Of a stretch of DNA of 64,000 nucleotides, positions 33,014-43,704 are shown piece after piece. The stretch is from Porphyridium purpureum. Taxonomy: Eukaryota. The notes beneath the pieces are model-generated. The model was not told the origin of the DNA. It did no database searches and worked only from the letters and a program-made list of their open reading frames with translations. How positions within the stretch are numbered: position 1 is the first letter of the stretch; each line of letters opens with the position of its first letter. The stretch lies in contig VRMN01000001.1 in NCBI GenBank assembly GCA_008690995.1, positions 620,001-684,000 of the forward strand, given 5' to 3'. The position numbers and the translations under genes were made by a program.

Positions 33014-33409
33014 ATACGTTGCAAAGAAACGAAATCAGTTGTCACCATATGTGACAATTTGACGCAAGCTAAGACTACTTGAAGAGTCTAGCTCAAACAT
33101 TACTCAACGCCTTCCCGTCGCGGCTCGCTCGTGCCCATCCGCGGCTGTTATCGCTGTGTGTCTCAATCTGATTGTTGGCAAGTGACCAGACCATTCAGTT
33201 CGCAGACAGGATTGTTCAACAACAGGACGCAGCTTCCAACAGGGGCATGGTGGGAGCAGCGCGTTCCGAAGACCACAGGGCGGAGCCGTACGACCAATGC
33301 GCTTTGTTCCAAGTCTGATGGAGTGGCATTGGTGCTATCCCTTTGTTAATTCTTTCCACTAAGTCTACAGGAAAAGCCACACACACGTCATCAGGCGCCA
33401 CGCCTTCCA

Positions 33410-36400
33410 CTAAATCTTTCCTACCTCATCGAGCGGACACACCTCAATCTCGCCGCCTTGGCTTCTAATGACCGCTTGAATACCACCTGTCGCATCGTCC
33501 TTATCGATCGCGATCATCTCACCCTCAAACCCTTGTTTGCTTCCGACCAAGACACGAACCTGGTCACCTTTCGAGGGTGAAACAAGCGTCAGCGAGGCAA
33601 CCCGTGTGTCCTCTAGCGCATCCTTTGCAAGCTTGACAGACGCGATACTTCCAGAAACGCTCAGTACTTGCCCCTCCTTTCTAGTTCCTCCGGCAAATAA
33701 CGACACTGCGAGACCCACAAGAAGGCCACTCGCGAGTCGCGACAGATCCACGCCACCCGCTCCGCGCCCTGAACCATTCGGCTCTGTGGCGGCGGAGACC
33801 GGAACAGGAACAGCTGCTGCTGCACCAACGTACGAATAATCAAGGTCCCGATCAAAGCCTGGCGTCTCTGGCCTAGCCGAGTGGGACGGCGTGGCCGCTC
33901 CGGCGTACATTGGCGTTCTCGATCCCGGCGCCGAGTAGAGGTCCGTCTCGTATGATGCCCCTGCCCCTATCGAACGACCGGATGAAACGTTCAATGTACT
34001 GGCAGCGGGCGGGCGAAACGCACTTCTTGATGAAAATTGAGAGCCACCTGTGCCCGCGTGCGAGAATGCATTGGCACCATTAAAGAGTTTTGGGTTATTA
34101 TTACCCGCCTGTACAAGTGAAGCATTCGCGTCCACTGGTGCCACCATGTCACGCGGTAGGTTCAGCTTCTTACTCTTACTGTCCAGCTCAATCGTAACCT
34201 TGTTACCTGACGCTCCCACCACCCGTCCGCGATGGCCTTTGTAGTCACCCTTCTTGATACGGACAAATTTCTCCAAGAGTTCGTCCTTCACCATACCTGG
34301 ACGCGAGCCCGGCCCAAATGCGCCTCCTCCACTCATTGGTGGTTTGTTGCCTGACGAGCCAAAGCCGCCAAAGCCTCCGCCTGTTCCCAACCCCACTCCT
34401 CCATTCGAGACGCCACGTGAAAAGCCACCCGTGCCTTCAAAACCACCTGTCCCACCACCAGCACGGAACCCGGCGGTATGGCCGCCTGCCCCTGATGCAC
34501 TGAAGCGAGAGCGGAAACTAGCACCGCCACCGGCGCCCGTCTGCAGTGCGGCGCTGCTTCGTCCGACACCTTCTAGCGCGACATCATTTGAGCTCACCGC
34601 CAGCACGCCCGCATTCTCGACCTCATCCTTTGCTTGGAAAAATACCGTCGCGTTCATCATTTGCTTTACAAAGCCCGAACGTCCAACGTGCGGACCTTCA
34701 ACTACACGAACGGAATCGCCTTCTTTCAATTGAACTTGATTTCTGTCAAAGCACGTCCGTTTCACCTGAAATGATTGAATTTTGTCCACAGCATCCAGTT
34801 CGTAAGAGCGGACTTTCCCCTTCTCATTCATGATTCGCACACTGTCCGATGAAACCTTGACAACAATGCCACCGAGACTCCGATTCTGCTGGGGACTGAC
34901 GAGGTCGAACAGAGCAAACTCAGTGTGAGCTTGATTCACGGACGCTCCGTTCGCGCCGCCAGATGCGGCGGCATCGGCCGCGCGGCGTCGGGCGCCTGAT
35001 GCAATGAACTCTGAGCTTTCGACAAGCGCGTTCGCCTTCACCGTCACGTCTTCCTTTGAGCTGTCAGCAAAAATCGTCACCAAGTCACCGTCCACATTGA
35101 CCACCATGCCTGTCTTTCCTTCGTGTTCTCCGTGCAGTACCTTGACATGCGTGCCCTCAGAAAAGTGCTTGGACAAGTCCCATGTCTTCCAGTCGTAAAT
35201 ATCCAGCAAACCTAGCGATCGGTCGACAAGCCGGATCATACAATTCTCGTTCGAAACAGAAATTAATTTGGCCACCAGACCTTTAAATTCATTTTTCGGG
35301 ATCACCGCCATATCACCAGGGTAAAACGTGGCGATCGACTGGATCCCTGACTGCTTGAGGCCGAGGTCGCGCTCCCGGTCGTCGTAGTCATTGAGCGTGT
35401 CCTCATCTTCGTCCTCATTCTTCCGCTGCCTTTCCTTCATGAGCTGCTCAGCACTTTCGAAAAGAGCAAGTTCCTCCGCTTTGGGAATGACGCCGCTCCC
35501 ATGAACAATCATACGACGGGTCAAGTGCTTGTACACAAGTGAGTGCTTGAAGAGTTGTTTGTCGAATTCATCAAATACCTCGCCCGTATATCTGTGGTCC
35601 CGATGTACTCCCACACTCTGGCCCAACTCTCGTTCCACCTCTTCCTTGATAAAAAGCTTCTGTGGCATTCTGCGTTTGACCAATTCTTTCGCCCTGCTTC
35701 GCTCCACAGATGCGACCTCGTCCTCGTCCTCCTCGTCTTCGGCGTTTCTCTGCACCAATTCCCTGGCCCTCATGGTCTGAAAATCAAGACGTGGAATGAG
35801 TCGAACCGTCACACAGCGCTCCGCGGGACCTCCCGGTCGAACTTCGAACACCTGCGCCAGATCGCCATTGTACTCGTTGCGCGCTTGGCGGATGCGCACC
35901 CAGTCGCCCTTTTTAATGTCCTCCTGCTTCATGGGCACGGCCAACACATCTTTCATTTCTCCCAGTGGCACAACTTTGATTTGATTTTCGTACGCGCTCA
36001 AGAGCTGCATGCCCTTGCACGCAATTTCCACCGCGTCCTTCTTGGCGGCTTCCACGTAGATAAAGCCCTTGAGGTGCTCTGGAGCCACCGCTGAGGTGAT
36101 CGTGAGTGGCATATTTCGCTTGATCATGTTAAAATGCTTTTGCAGCAGACATATGACCGCCTCTCGCTCACGGCCAGGCTTGCACGGCACTTTGTACAAC
36201 TTGGGATCGTCTGGCGTCGGTTCTGGGCCTTCTTGGAATGGAATTGCTTCATCTTCGTCAAGACTCCATTCGTCTTCCATCTGGTCAAACCTATCGTACC
36301 GCTCTTTGAGCGCGCGTTCCAATTCCTCCGGATCGCCAACCTCATTGGCCAGCTCGCGGCGCATGCGCTGCGCCCGAGCCACGTGCTCGGATGCGGCCTC

Positions 36401-36805
36401 AAAGTCGACGCCCTCATCTTCCTCAATCATACCTCCTAGTCCTTCCTCCTCGTCCTCGTCCTCATCATCGTCCTCCACTTCTGCCTCCAGATCCAGCAGC
36501 GACGTCTGCGCCGTCTTTTGCCGCTTCTTCCTGGACGCAGCACTTGCCGCCGCGCCCTTCTTCTTCCCGCCTGCCCTCCCCGCACGGCCGTCGCTTTCCT
36601 CCACCTCATCATCTTCCTCGGTGTCTTCCTCCTCCTCGTCGTCGTCGTCACTCGGCATCCCGCGCGACTTGCCCTTGGCCTTCCGTGCAGTTGTTTGCTC
36701 TTCGTCGTCATCGTCATCCTCTGAGTCCAGCCGCCCCAGAACCTGCGTAATATCCTCATCATCCTCCTCCTCATCCGAGCCGCTACGCGGCGGCCGCTTC
36801 GACAT
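33410..36805 (-). CDS. SPT5: Transcription elongation factor SPT5
   Basis: Acidic N-terminus, NGN domain (DPKLYKVPCKPGRERE, LKGFIYVEA), multiple KOW motifs, GSRTPMY. Confidence 0.95.
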   Translation of the reverse strand: MSKRPPRSGSDEEEDDEDITQVLGRLDSEDDDDDEEQTTARKAKGKSRGMPSDDDDEEEEDTEEDDEVEESDGRAGRAGGKKKGAAASAASRKKRQKTAQTSLLDLEAEVEDDDEDEDEEEGLGGMIEEDEGVDFEAASEHVARAQRMRRELANEVGDPEELERALKERYDRFDQMEDEWSLDEDEAIPFQEGPEPTPDDPKLYKVPCKPGREREAVICLLQKHFNMIKRNMPLTITSAVAPEHLKGFIYVEAAKKDAVEIACKGMQLLSAYENQIKVVPLGEMKDVLAVPMKQEDIKKGDWVRIRQARNEYNGDLAQVFEVRPGGPAERCVTVRLIPRLDFQTMRARELVQRNAEDEEDEDEVASVERSRAKELVKRRMPQKLFIKEEVERELGQSVGVHRDHRYTGEVFDEFDKQLFKHSLVYKHLTRRMIVHGSGVIPKAEELALFESAEQLMKERQRKNEDEDEDTLNDYDDRERDLGLKQSGIQSIATFYPGDMAVIPKNEFKGLVAKLISVSNENCMIRLVDRSLGLLDIYDWKTWDLSKHFSEGTHVKVLHGEHEGKTGMVVNVDGDLVTIFADSSKEDVTVKANALVESSEFIASGARRRAADAAASGGANGASVNQAHTEFALFDLVSPQQNRSLGGIVVKVSSDSVRIMNEKGKVRSYELDAVDKIQSFQVKRTCFDRNQVQLKEGDSVRVVEGPHVGRSGFVKQMMNATVFFQAKDEVENAGVLAVSSNDVALEGVGRSSAALQTGAGGGASFRSRFSASGAGGHTAGFRAGGGTGGFEGTGGFSRGVSNGGVGLGTGGGFGGFGSSGNKPPMSGGGAFGPGSRPGMVKDELLEKFVRIKKGDYKGHRGRVVGASGNKVTIELDSKSKKLNLPRDMVAPVDANASLVQAGNNNPKLFNGANAFSHAGTGGSQFSSRSAFRPPAASTLNVSSGRSIGAGASYETDLYSAPGSRTPMYAGAATPSHSARPETPGFDRDLDYSYVGAAAAVPVPVSAATEPNGSGRGAGGVDLSRLASGLLVGLAVSLFAGGTRKEGQVLSVSGSIASVKLAKDALEDTRVASLTLVSPSKGDQVRVLVGSKQGFEGEMIAIDKDDATGGIQAVIRSQGGEIEVCPLDEVGKI

Positions 36806-37163
36806 GCTTACCTCTCCCTCCCCCTCTTACTCCTCTTGCTCCTCTCACCCACCGTTCCTTCTTCACCGCGCTCTTCTTCTCCGCATCTCTCTCTCTCTCT
36901 CTCTCTCTCTTTCCGCTCTTCACGCCTTCCCTTCCTTCCCTCAACTTTCCCTCAACATCCGGCTTATCGGTTTAAACCAATACGCCGTCTTCTTCTCAAC
37001 AATATACCAAAACCCCCCTTTTTTCATACATTCCAATAAAACATCTATTAAAATACTCCCGTTTTATTATAAAGAGGACTAGGGTTTCTGAAATCTAGAT
37101 GAAGGCGGCGAAAGGGGAGAGGGGGAAGAGAGGGAGAGAGAGCATGGAAGAGAAAGGAGGACG

Positions 37164-39410
37164 ATGGTGTGTGAAGGTGCGGGAATGGCGTCTGCGATTG
37201 GGATCGAGGTGCTGCGGTATGGGGTGGAGCAGGCGGCGCGCAGTTTTTTGCATGAGGGCGCGGTGTTTTTGGCGGAGCAGTTGGTCGCGATAGACGGATG
37301 CGATGAGCATCGATGCGTGCTTGCAGAACAGTTGGTGGCTACTCGGAGTGAGCGCCGCGCGCTGTTTGTGCTGCAGCCGTGCTCAGACACGTCCCAGCGC
37401 GCGTCGTATCTGAAGGCTCTGTGTCATGTGCGCTGCGCAGAGTGGACACTGGCAGAGCGCGTGTTGAAGCCGACCGCGCTGCAACATGCGGCGGCGCTCG
37501 CGCGCGGCGCCCGTACAGGTCTTCCCACAGACATGGATGATGAGGATCAGAGTCCGGACGGTGTTCCGCATGGCGCGGAAGGATTGTATTTGTTGGGGCA
37601 GGTGTATGAGCATTTTCATCGCGATGAAATGGCAGTTCGCTGCTACGAGCGCGCAGTCGAGCTAAACCCGACAATGTGGAGCGCCATCAAGGCCTTGTCA
37701 CGTCTCCGCCAAGCTGCTCACGCCTTGGACGTTCTGCAAGAAAAATGGGCAGATGATGAACAGGTGCTTAAAACGCTCAAGGCAGCGGGTCTTGTCACAC
37801 TGAGCGCAGTTGCTTCATCACCGCAAAATGGGTCCGACAGCTCCGTGCACAGCGCTCCGGTAACCTCCTTTCAAGACTTGAGTCATTCTGCTATGAAAAC
37901 GCCTCTCCACTCGAGGCAAATCCCGCCGCCAGCGATGCGTGAGTTCACGCCCACGCCATCCTCGCAGCCAACGAACGGCTTCTTGTCATCATTCGAAGAC
38001 ATGACTCCGGCTAATCGACCAGGCCTGGGCGTTGCATCTGCTGATGACGCAGACTTTGCGACACCCTCTCCCATGATCAGCACACCGGCTGTCAGGGGAG
38101 CTTTACCAGTGCAAGGCACTGCAGTCGGGCGTGATGCTCCGTTTCGACCTCCCCCGGCCCCGCCGCGCAAATCGCTTCGAGCAGTGGCAGACGCAAGCGA
38201 CACTTCGCGAAGTGCGAAGTCGTCGCACATGTCAAGACTGACGTTCCAGACAGATGCATTTCCAAAAGAAGAAGGCCGCAGGTCGGCCGAGCGACAGATA
38301 GAAACCGCGGATATGTTTGCGTCGCCTTCCGGATTGATCAGCAAGACCAGCGCGGTTCCAAATGTACAGCCCGATGAGGCTGTAGTACCAGCCGTGCGGG
38401 ACCACGGGCGCAGCGCAGGGGGTGTCATGCGTCTTCTTTTGAGCATGTACCGAGCTTACAGCTTGACGTGTGCGCTCGAGTGCAGGGAGGCGATACAGGA
38501 GTTGTCGCTTTTGCCGAACGAGCATTACCAGACGCCGTGGACACACGCAGCGTTGGGAAGGTGTTATCTGGAACTGAATGAGTACAGTCTGTCCGAGGCT
38601 GCTTTTGATCGAGCCATGAAGCTCGATCCTTACCGTGTGGACGAAACCGTTGAATACTATTCCACTGTTTTGTGGCACCTGAAGCAGGAAATCGCACTGG
38701 CTGATTTAGCGCAGCGTGTGGTAGCGTGTGCGCCAGCAAGCGCTTCTAGCTGGTGTGTCGTGGGCAACCTCATGTCGCTTCGACGCGAGCCCGATGAGGC
38801 CCTGCGATTCTTCAAGCGAGCTTGCAGCCTAGATCCGATGTGCGTCTACGCGTACACGCTTACAGGTCACGAGTACGCGATGCGGGAAGACTTTGAATCC
38901 GCATTGAAGGCGTACTACAAGGCGCTTGCGATTGACCCGCGCCACTATAATGCCTTGTACGGGATTGGCCACGTGATGCAGCGCAAAGAACAATACCGTT
39001 CGAGCCAGCACAAGCTGCATTTGGCCCTCGCGTTAAACCCGCGCTCCTCGACACTTCATTTCCACTTGGCGTGCGCCTATGCGCAGGGTGAGCCTGAGGA
39101 AATTGATTTAAACAGCGCGCTTCAGCACCTGGAGACTTCGATCGCTTTGGATGCAGACAATCCGCTAGCGCGATTTGAGCGAGCAAAGGTGTTAATTCTG
39201 CTGGCACGACTTGATGAGGCCGAGGCTGCGTTGCTGGAGCTGCGCTCTGTGCACGCAAAGGAGGCTGCCATTTACTATGAACTTGGTCGAATCTCACAGC
39301 AAAGAGGTGACGTACAAGCAGCAGCACGCTTCTACTCTTCGGCACTCGATTTGGACCCGCGCGATCGCCTGTATCGTTCAGCAGTAGACCGCATCAGCGC
39401 GCATGACTGA
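37164..39410 (+). CDS. CDC27: Anaphase-promoting complex subunit CDC27/APC3
   Basis: AVFLAEQL; TPRs with EYYSTVLWHLK, AYTLTGHEY and DPRHYNALYGIG. Confidence 0.92.
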   Translation: MVCEGAGMASAIGIEVLRYGVEQAARSFLHEGAVFLAEQLVAIDGCDEHRCVLAEQLVATRSERRALFVLQPCSDTSQRASYLKALCHVRCAEWTLAERVLKPTALQHAAALARGARTGLPTDMDDEDQSPDGVPHGAEGLYLLGQVYEHFHRDEMAVRCYERAVELNPTMWSAIKALSRLRQAAHALDVLQEKWADDEQVLKTLKAAGLVTLSAVASSPQNGSDSSVHSAPVTSFQDLSHSAMKTPLHSRQIPPPAMREFTPTPSSQPTNGFLSSFEDMTPANRPGLGVASADDADFATPSPMISTPAVRGALPVQGTAVGRDAPFRPPPAPPRKSLRAVADASDTSRSAKSSHMSRLTFQTDAFPKEEGRRSAERQIETADMFASPSGLISKTSAVPNVQPDEAVVPAVRDHGRSAGGVMRLLLSMYRAYSLTCALECREAIQELSLLPNEHYQTPWTHAALGRCYLELNEYSLSEAAFDRAMKLDPYRVDETVEYYSTVLWHLKQEIALADLAQRVVACAPASASSWCVVGNLMSLRREPDEALRFFKRACSLDPMCVYAYTLTGHEYAMREDFESALKAYYKALAIDPRHYNALYGIGHVMQRKEQYRSSQHKLHLALALNPRSSTLHFHLACAYAQGEPEEIDLNSALQHLETSIALDADNPLARFERAKVLILLARLDEAEAALLELRSVHAKEAAIYYELGRISQQRGDVQAAARFYSSALDLDPRDRLYRSAVDRISAHD

Positions 39411-39469
39411 TTTGGAGAAGAAGATCAATGTGCAGGTGATGTTCTTCTGTGGCACCTCCATTATTAACT

Positions 39470-41359
39470 TTAATTGCGTCGAAACGGGAGGAGATGCGCA
39501 TTGCGGTAGATGCGGTACTTGGCGAGCGTCCAGTACTGATGCTCCCATCCAGGTACGTAGAAGGCCCGGAAAAAAGGCCGGGACTTTTCGGACCAGAGAA
39601 AGTCTTCTTCCCAGATCGCCGCCCGCGCCTCTGGAGGAATCGGGTTGGTGGGCGTCGTGCCACTGACTGACTCCTCCAGATCAAGCTCCACAAAGTAATG
39701 GCATGCAAGCGTGTCGTTGAAGTACTGGGCGGGATCTTCCTCGTTGTACATATTCATACCCGGGGGCGTGCGTTGAGTACCGCGTCCAGACTCGGCAAAT
39801 TCTTTCGGCAGCAGGCCCGAGAATTCTGATTTGATAAACCGAAGCCGGAACTGGCTGCTTGGCAAGAAAAAATTGCTCGGGAAGCGGTACCACTCCTTGC
39901 CGACACAAATGTTGTACACGTCCTGCGGCAGCGCCTTGCTACGCGGGCCCTCGCCGTACTGCAGCTCGAGCGTCGACAGGTGCGTGTAAATCTTCATCGG
40001 AGCGCTGTAGCCCTTGATGACCGCTAGCATTCTAGACGCGCCCAGTGCAAAGGCCACGCACACCACGGCGAGGCAAAACAGATTCTTCACAATCACTCGA
40101 TATTTTCGAGATGATTCCGAAAGGTTTCGGGAGAGACCGAACACGATGCGAAGCACGTCATCCAGCGATACTGCGCTTACCAGTGCGACAAGAGGGTAGA
40201 CTGGCGCCAAAAACCGCTCCTCCTTGTGGGGCTGGTTGAACATGACAAACAGCCAAATGAACGCTGGGCTCAAGAAGATGAGTCGGGTGAGTGCATCCTG
40301 CCGTGTGGGCCACGCGTCCGCGACGAGCCCGTCCCAAATCCAGAGGAGCGGATACAAGACGAGCAAAAGTGCTGACACGTTCAGATTGAGCACCATGTTA
40401 AAAACATAGTACTTCCAGTCTTCAACCCCAAAAGCCGTAGGGCCGGCGCCCTGCGCTGGAAGCACATTGTAGATCACCAAGTTTGCCGGCGCAAGTGTAA
40501 ACCGGCCGTAAAAGCGCGTGTCAACAATGAAACAAGTGAAAGCCAGGACAAGTCCATCCGAGAACATCCATTGCATAAACTGGAGGATACCCTTCCTGTA
40601 CGTGATATGGAATGACATTGGAAGGCCTAACACCGCGGCAAATGGCCAGCCCATCACTGCCGCTACCGCGATCCCAAGCACTGCCAACTGAAATTCACCG
40701 ACGAGCCACGCGGCCGTCGCAGCGCACACACCAATCATCGCGAAGGAGGAAGGCAGCAGTTCGACGGATGCGCGGAACAAGCCGGGCGCGGCCATCAAGA
40801 GGGCGAGAAGCAAGCGCGCAGCTGGCTTCCCAAACCGCCAAATGACAGAATCGTAGAGGTAAGTCTCTGCGGCAGCGCACGCAAACGCCTGCGCGAATCG
40901 TACGGCAAGGAAGGCATTGTACTTGATCTCTGCTGGTCCCTTGGATCCGAGCGACACCATGGACCCGATCTTTGCCACCACTGAGTACGGAAGCAGGAAT
41001 ACGTATGAGCGTAGCGCAAACTGTGGACTATACTCCCAGGTCTGAAACCCGTACCCAAACACCAAATAGTGCAGCGGTTCCCAGTAATTGAATGTCTCGT
41101 CGCAGTCCTCGATCCCGGACACCATGGCCGACCCCAGTCTTAGAAACAACAGAAAGAGAAAAGCGGTCACAACGTTTGGTGCCCATCCTGGCACTGCGCG
41201 GTGCCTCGAGAAAATCGCGCTCAGCGCTGTGCGCATCCGTCGCTGCGACCCGGCCGTCCCTCCGGGCTTTCTATCTACCACGCCATCACGCGTCTCTCTC
41301 TCTCGTCCACTGCTGCTACCGCCACCTCGTGGCCCTGGACCTGAGCGTCGCCGCCTCAT
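39470..41359 (-). CDS. ALG9: Alpha-1,2-mannosyltransferase ALG9 (GT22)
   Basis: DCDETFNYWEPLHYL, QTWEYSPQFALRSY, QPHKEERFLAPVYP, CVGKEWYRFPS. Confidence 0.95.
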   Translation of the reverse strand: MRRRRSGPGPRGGGSSSGRERETRDGVVDRKPGGTAGSQRRMRTALSAIFSRHRAVPGWAPNVVTAFLFLLFLRLGSAMVSGIEDCDETFNYWEPLHYLVFGYGFQTWEYSPQFALRSYVFLLPYSVVAKIGSMVSLGSKGPAEIKYNAFLAVRFAQAFACAAAETYLYDSVIWRFGKPAARLLLALLMAAPGLFRASVELLPSSFAMIGVCAATAAWLVGEFQLAVLGIAVAAVMGWPFAAVLGLPMSFHITYRKGILQFMQWMFSDGLVLAFTCFIVDTRFYGRFTLAPANLVIYNVLPAQGAGPTAFGVEDWKYYVFNMVLNLNVSALLLVLYPLLWIWDGLVADAWPTRQDALTRLIFLSPAFIWLFVMFNQPHKEERFLAPVYPLVALVSAVSLDDVLRIVFGLSRNLSESSRKYRVIVKNLFCLAVVCVAFALGASRMLAVIKGYSAPMKIYTHLSTLELQYGEGPRSKALPQDVYNICVGKEWYRFPSNFFLPSSQFRLRFIKSEFSGLLPKEFAESGRGTQRTPPGMNMYNEEDPAQYFNDTLACHYFVELDLEESVSGTTPTNPIPPEARAAIWEEDFLWSEKSRPFFRAFYVPGWEHQYWTLAKYRIYRNAHLLPFRRN

Positions 41360-43704
41360 GTGTCAGCCAATCCACTGCACGATCCAAACCAGTCCGATCC
41401 CTCTCCTTTGCCCTCACAAACACCAGTACGCGCACAATCGAGACCACAGAGTAAAACAGCAGTGTCAGACAGACTATCTTCGTCCATCCTTCCCAGACTT
41501 CAAGATTCTGGAGTGGCTGAAGAGCGAAGGTGGGACATCGCGGCCTGTGGTCTCCCGCGCAACAGCATATCTCTTCCCTCTCCTTCAAGAGCTCGAAGAC
41601 GAACCCAATGTTTTCGCCTTCATCATCGCGTTCAAGCTGCAAGGAACAGACCACGGAGTTGCACCGCGGGATGACCGAGACTTGGCAGTTCCGCAAGGTT
41701 CAATTGGCGCCGGTGCATCGAAGGCGGTAGACGCGGATGTATGTGTCATTGATCGGCACCGGCTGGGGTGCCCAGCTGGTGCGCCTTGAATGCGGACCGT
41801 TTTTGAAAGCGTGAGCGGCTCGCGCACGCCGTCTGCTGCGCAGCCCTGGACCAGATTCTGTGGTCTCGGTATCTTATCGTGTTGGACACGCCAATGAAGT
41901 GCAGCATAATGGCGTCGTATTGGCGCTCGAGGGACGCAGCCTGCCGCTTGTGAACGTTTTGTACCAGCATGTGCACGAGCTTGCACGCAGCTCTGACCCA
42001 GTCGAATAGCGTTCGGAAGGTGTGCGCACCTGAGCCGAGCGGCACAATTTATATACTCGCGGAAATGAAGCCATGGTTCTCGGCCTGGTGTGCACGTGGC
42101 GGATGCCACCCCAGCTGCAGCGCTGGAGCGTCAAAGTGACGAGAGCCCTGCATCTGGACGGACGGCCATATCCTGGGGATCAGATAATTCGCCCCCGTGC
42201 CGCTGTGAACGCTTGCCAAGGTGACAGCTCAATGCCGTGCGAATGAGTATCAAGAAGAGCCGGCTGGATGGATAAATGTTATCTGTTCTGACACCCACGG
42301 CCTTTTCTGGAGCAAATAATGTCGCGTGACGGCGCCGAGAAGTTGACATGCCGAAGAAGCTTGTATCGTTTGGTGATGCCCGGATGATTCAAGGCCAATT
42401 ATCGCGGCAATACATTTTGCCGCGACTGAACGAGTCGATCGATATTTTAATGTTCTCTCCCATTTGGGCGCGTACCACCCCGGCATCGATGTTCCAAATC
42501 CTGGATGATGTGCTGCACTCGATCCTGATCATGGGAATGCAGGCTCTGGTATTGCCACCGATCTGCTCGCGCCGGACGCCAGGGAGACGTGCGTTTGCGC
42601 GGCATCCACAAAAAGATTCGTTTCATTCTCAGAGCATAGCAGATTGGGCAACACAGGCGCCCCCCAGGCCTCAGAGATGAGCACGAATGCAAACTCGGTG
42701 AGGTGCAAAAGGCGTCGAGCCACGGGTACCGGGCTTTCCAGTTGGCATTTTAGTGACACTGGGTCAGCAGGTCAATATACCGCTGACACACCGACGAATC
42801 GTTTATTTCGATGGACTTGGAGAACTTTGATGACTCCAACCCGCACGCGGCCCTAGCGGTCGCTTCCTTGGGCGCGTGCGGAATCTTGAGCAACTACGCG
42901 CGACGACTTTGCCCTCTGTGCGGCCAGACGAAATGCCGTTGACGTGCCATCCGCCGCCAAGTACACCATCACAGCTAGTCCTTCGCCCGGCAACGGAGCC
43001 CATGCAGCGACTGGTACAGCCAGCAGCGCCTGGTCGAACCGTGCACACATTCCCGTGGCCACGGGGGGAGGCCCTCTTCACATGTCTCCGTTTATTCAAT
43101 TATTTTTCGTGCACCGGTTCAAGTCGTGAGGTTGTGATGGCGAGCCTGGGCTCTGCGTCTGCCGACTGGCATCGCGTGCCCCCGATTCTGATTGTACGCC
43201 ATGTCTGTTTCGCACCATCATCACCACCACCATGCGCGCCACACCGGTCGGTTCGAACCCTTTCGCGGTGGCGGGTTTCTCGTTCGAGATCTTTCAGCGT
43301 GGTGCTGCGATCCGCGCGGTTTGTGATGAGTTGGCCTCGTTTACATAGAACGCGCATCCCGTTAACTTTTCCGGTGCGGTGTGGACGCGCAGGCGAGCGC
43401 GTGACGGTGGCGGTGGCGCGACACGCGAGGCCGAAGGACAACGCAGACCGGCGGCGTGGAGTGGACGGCGTGCGCGTCGCTTGTATAAATTAGAGAGGCA
43501 TTGACGTTCACAGCACTTGTTGGCGTCTGGGTGGCAGACTCCGCGCTGAAACAGGACTCGAGGTGTTGGAGTAAAAGTGCGTCCGTTGGAGAAGCAGAGC
43601 TCAGGGTGTGGGGCACACCACAACGCACAGCGTACGAACTGCGTTAGGCGATGAAAAGGAAAGGAAGAACGTCGGGGCGAGTGGATCGGATGGAACTCGC
43701 GGAA

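Noticed and set aside
42340..42400. HPGITKRYKLLR on the minus strand, resembling a gypsy integrase Zn-binding region
   Set aside because: Flanked by stops and lacks the CxxC and downstream core; probably chance.
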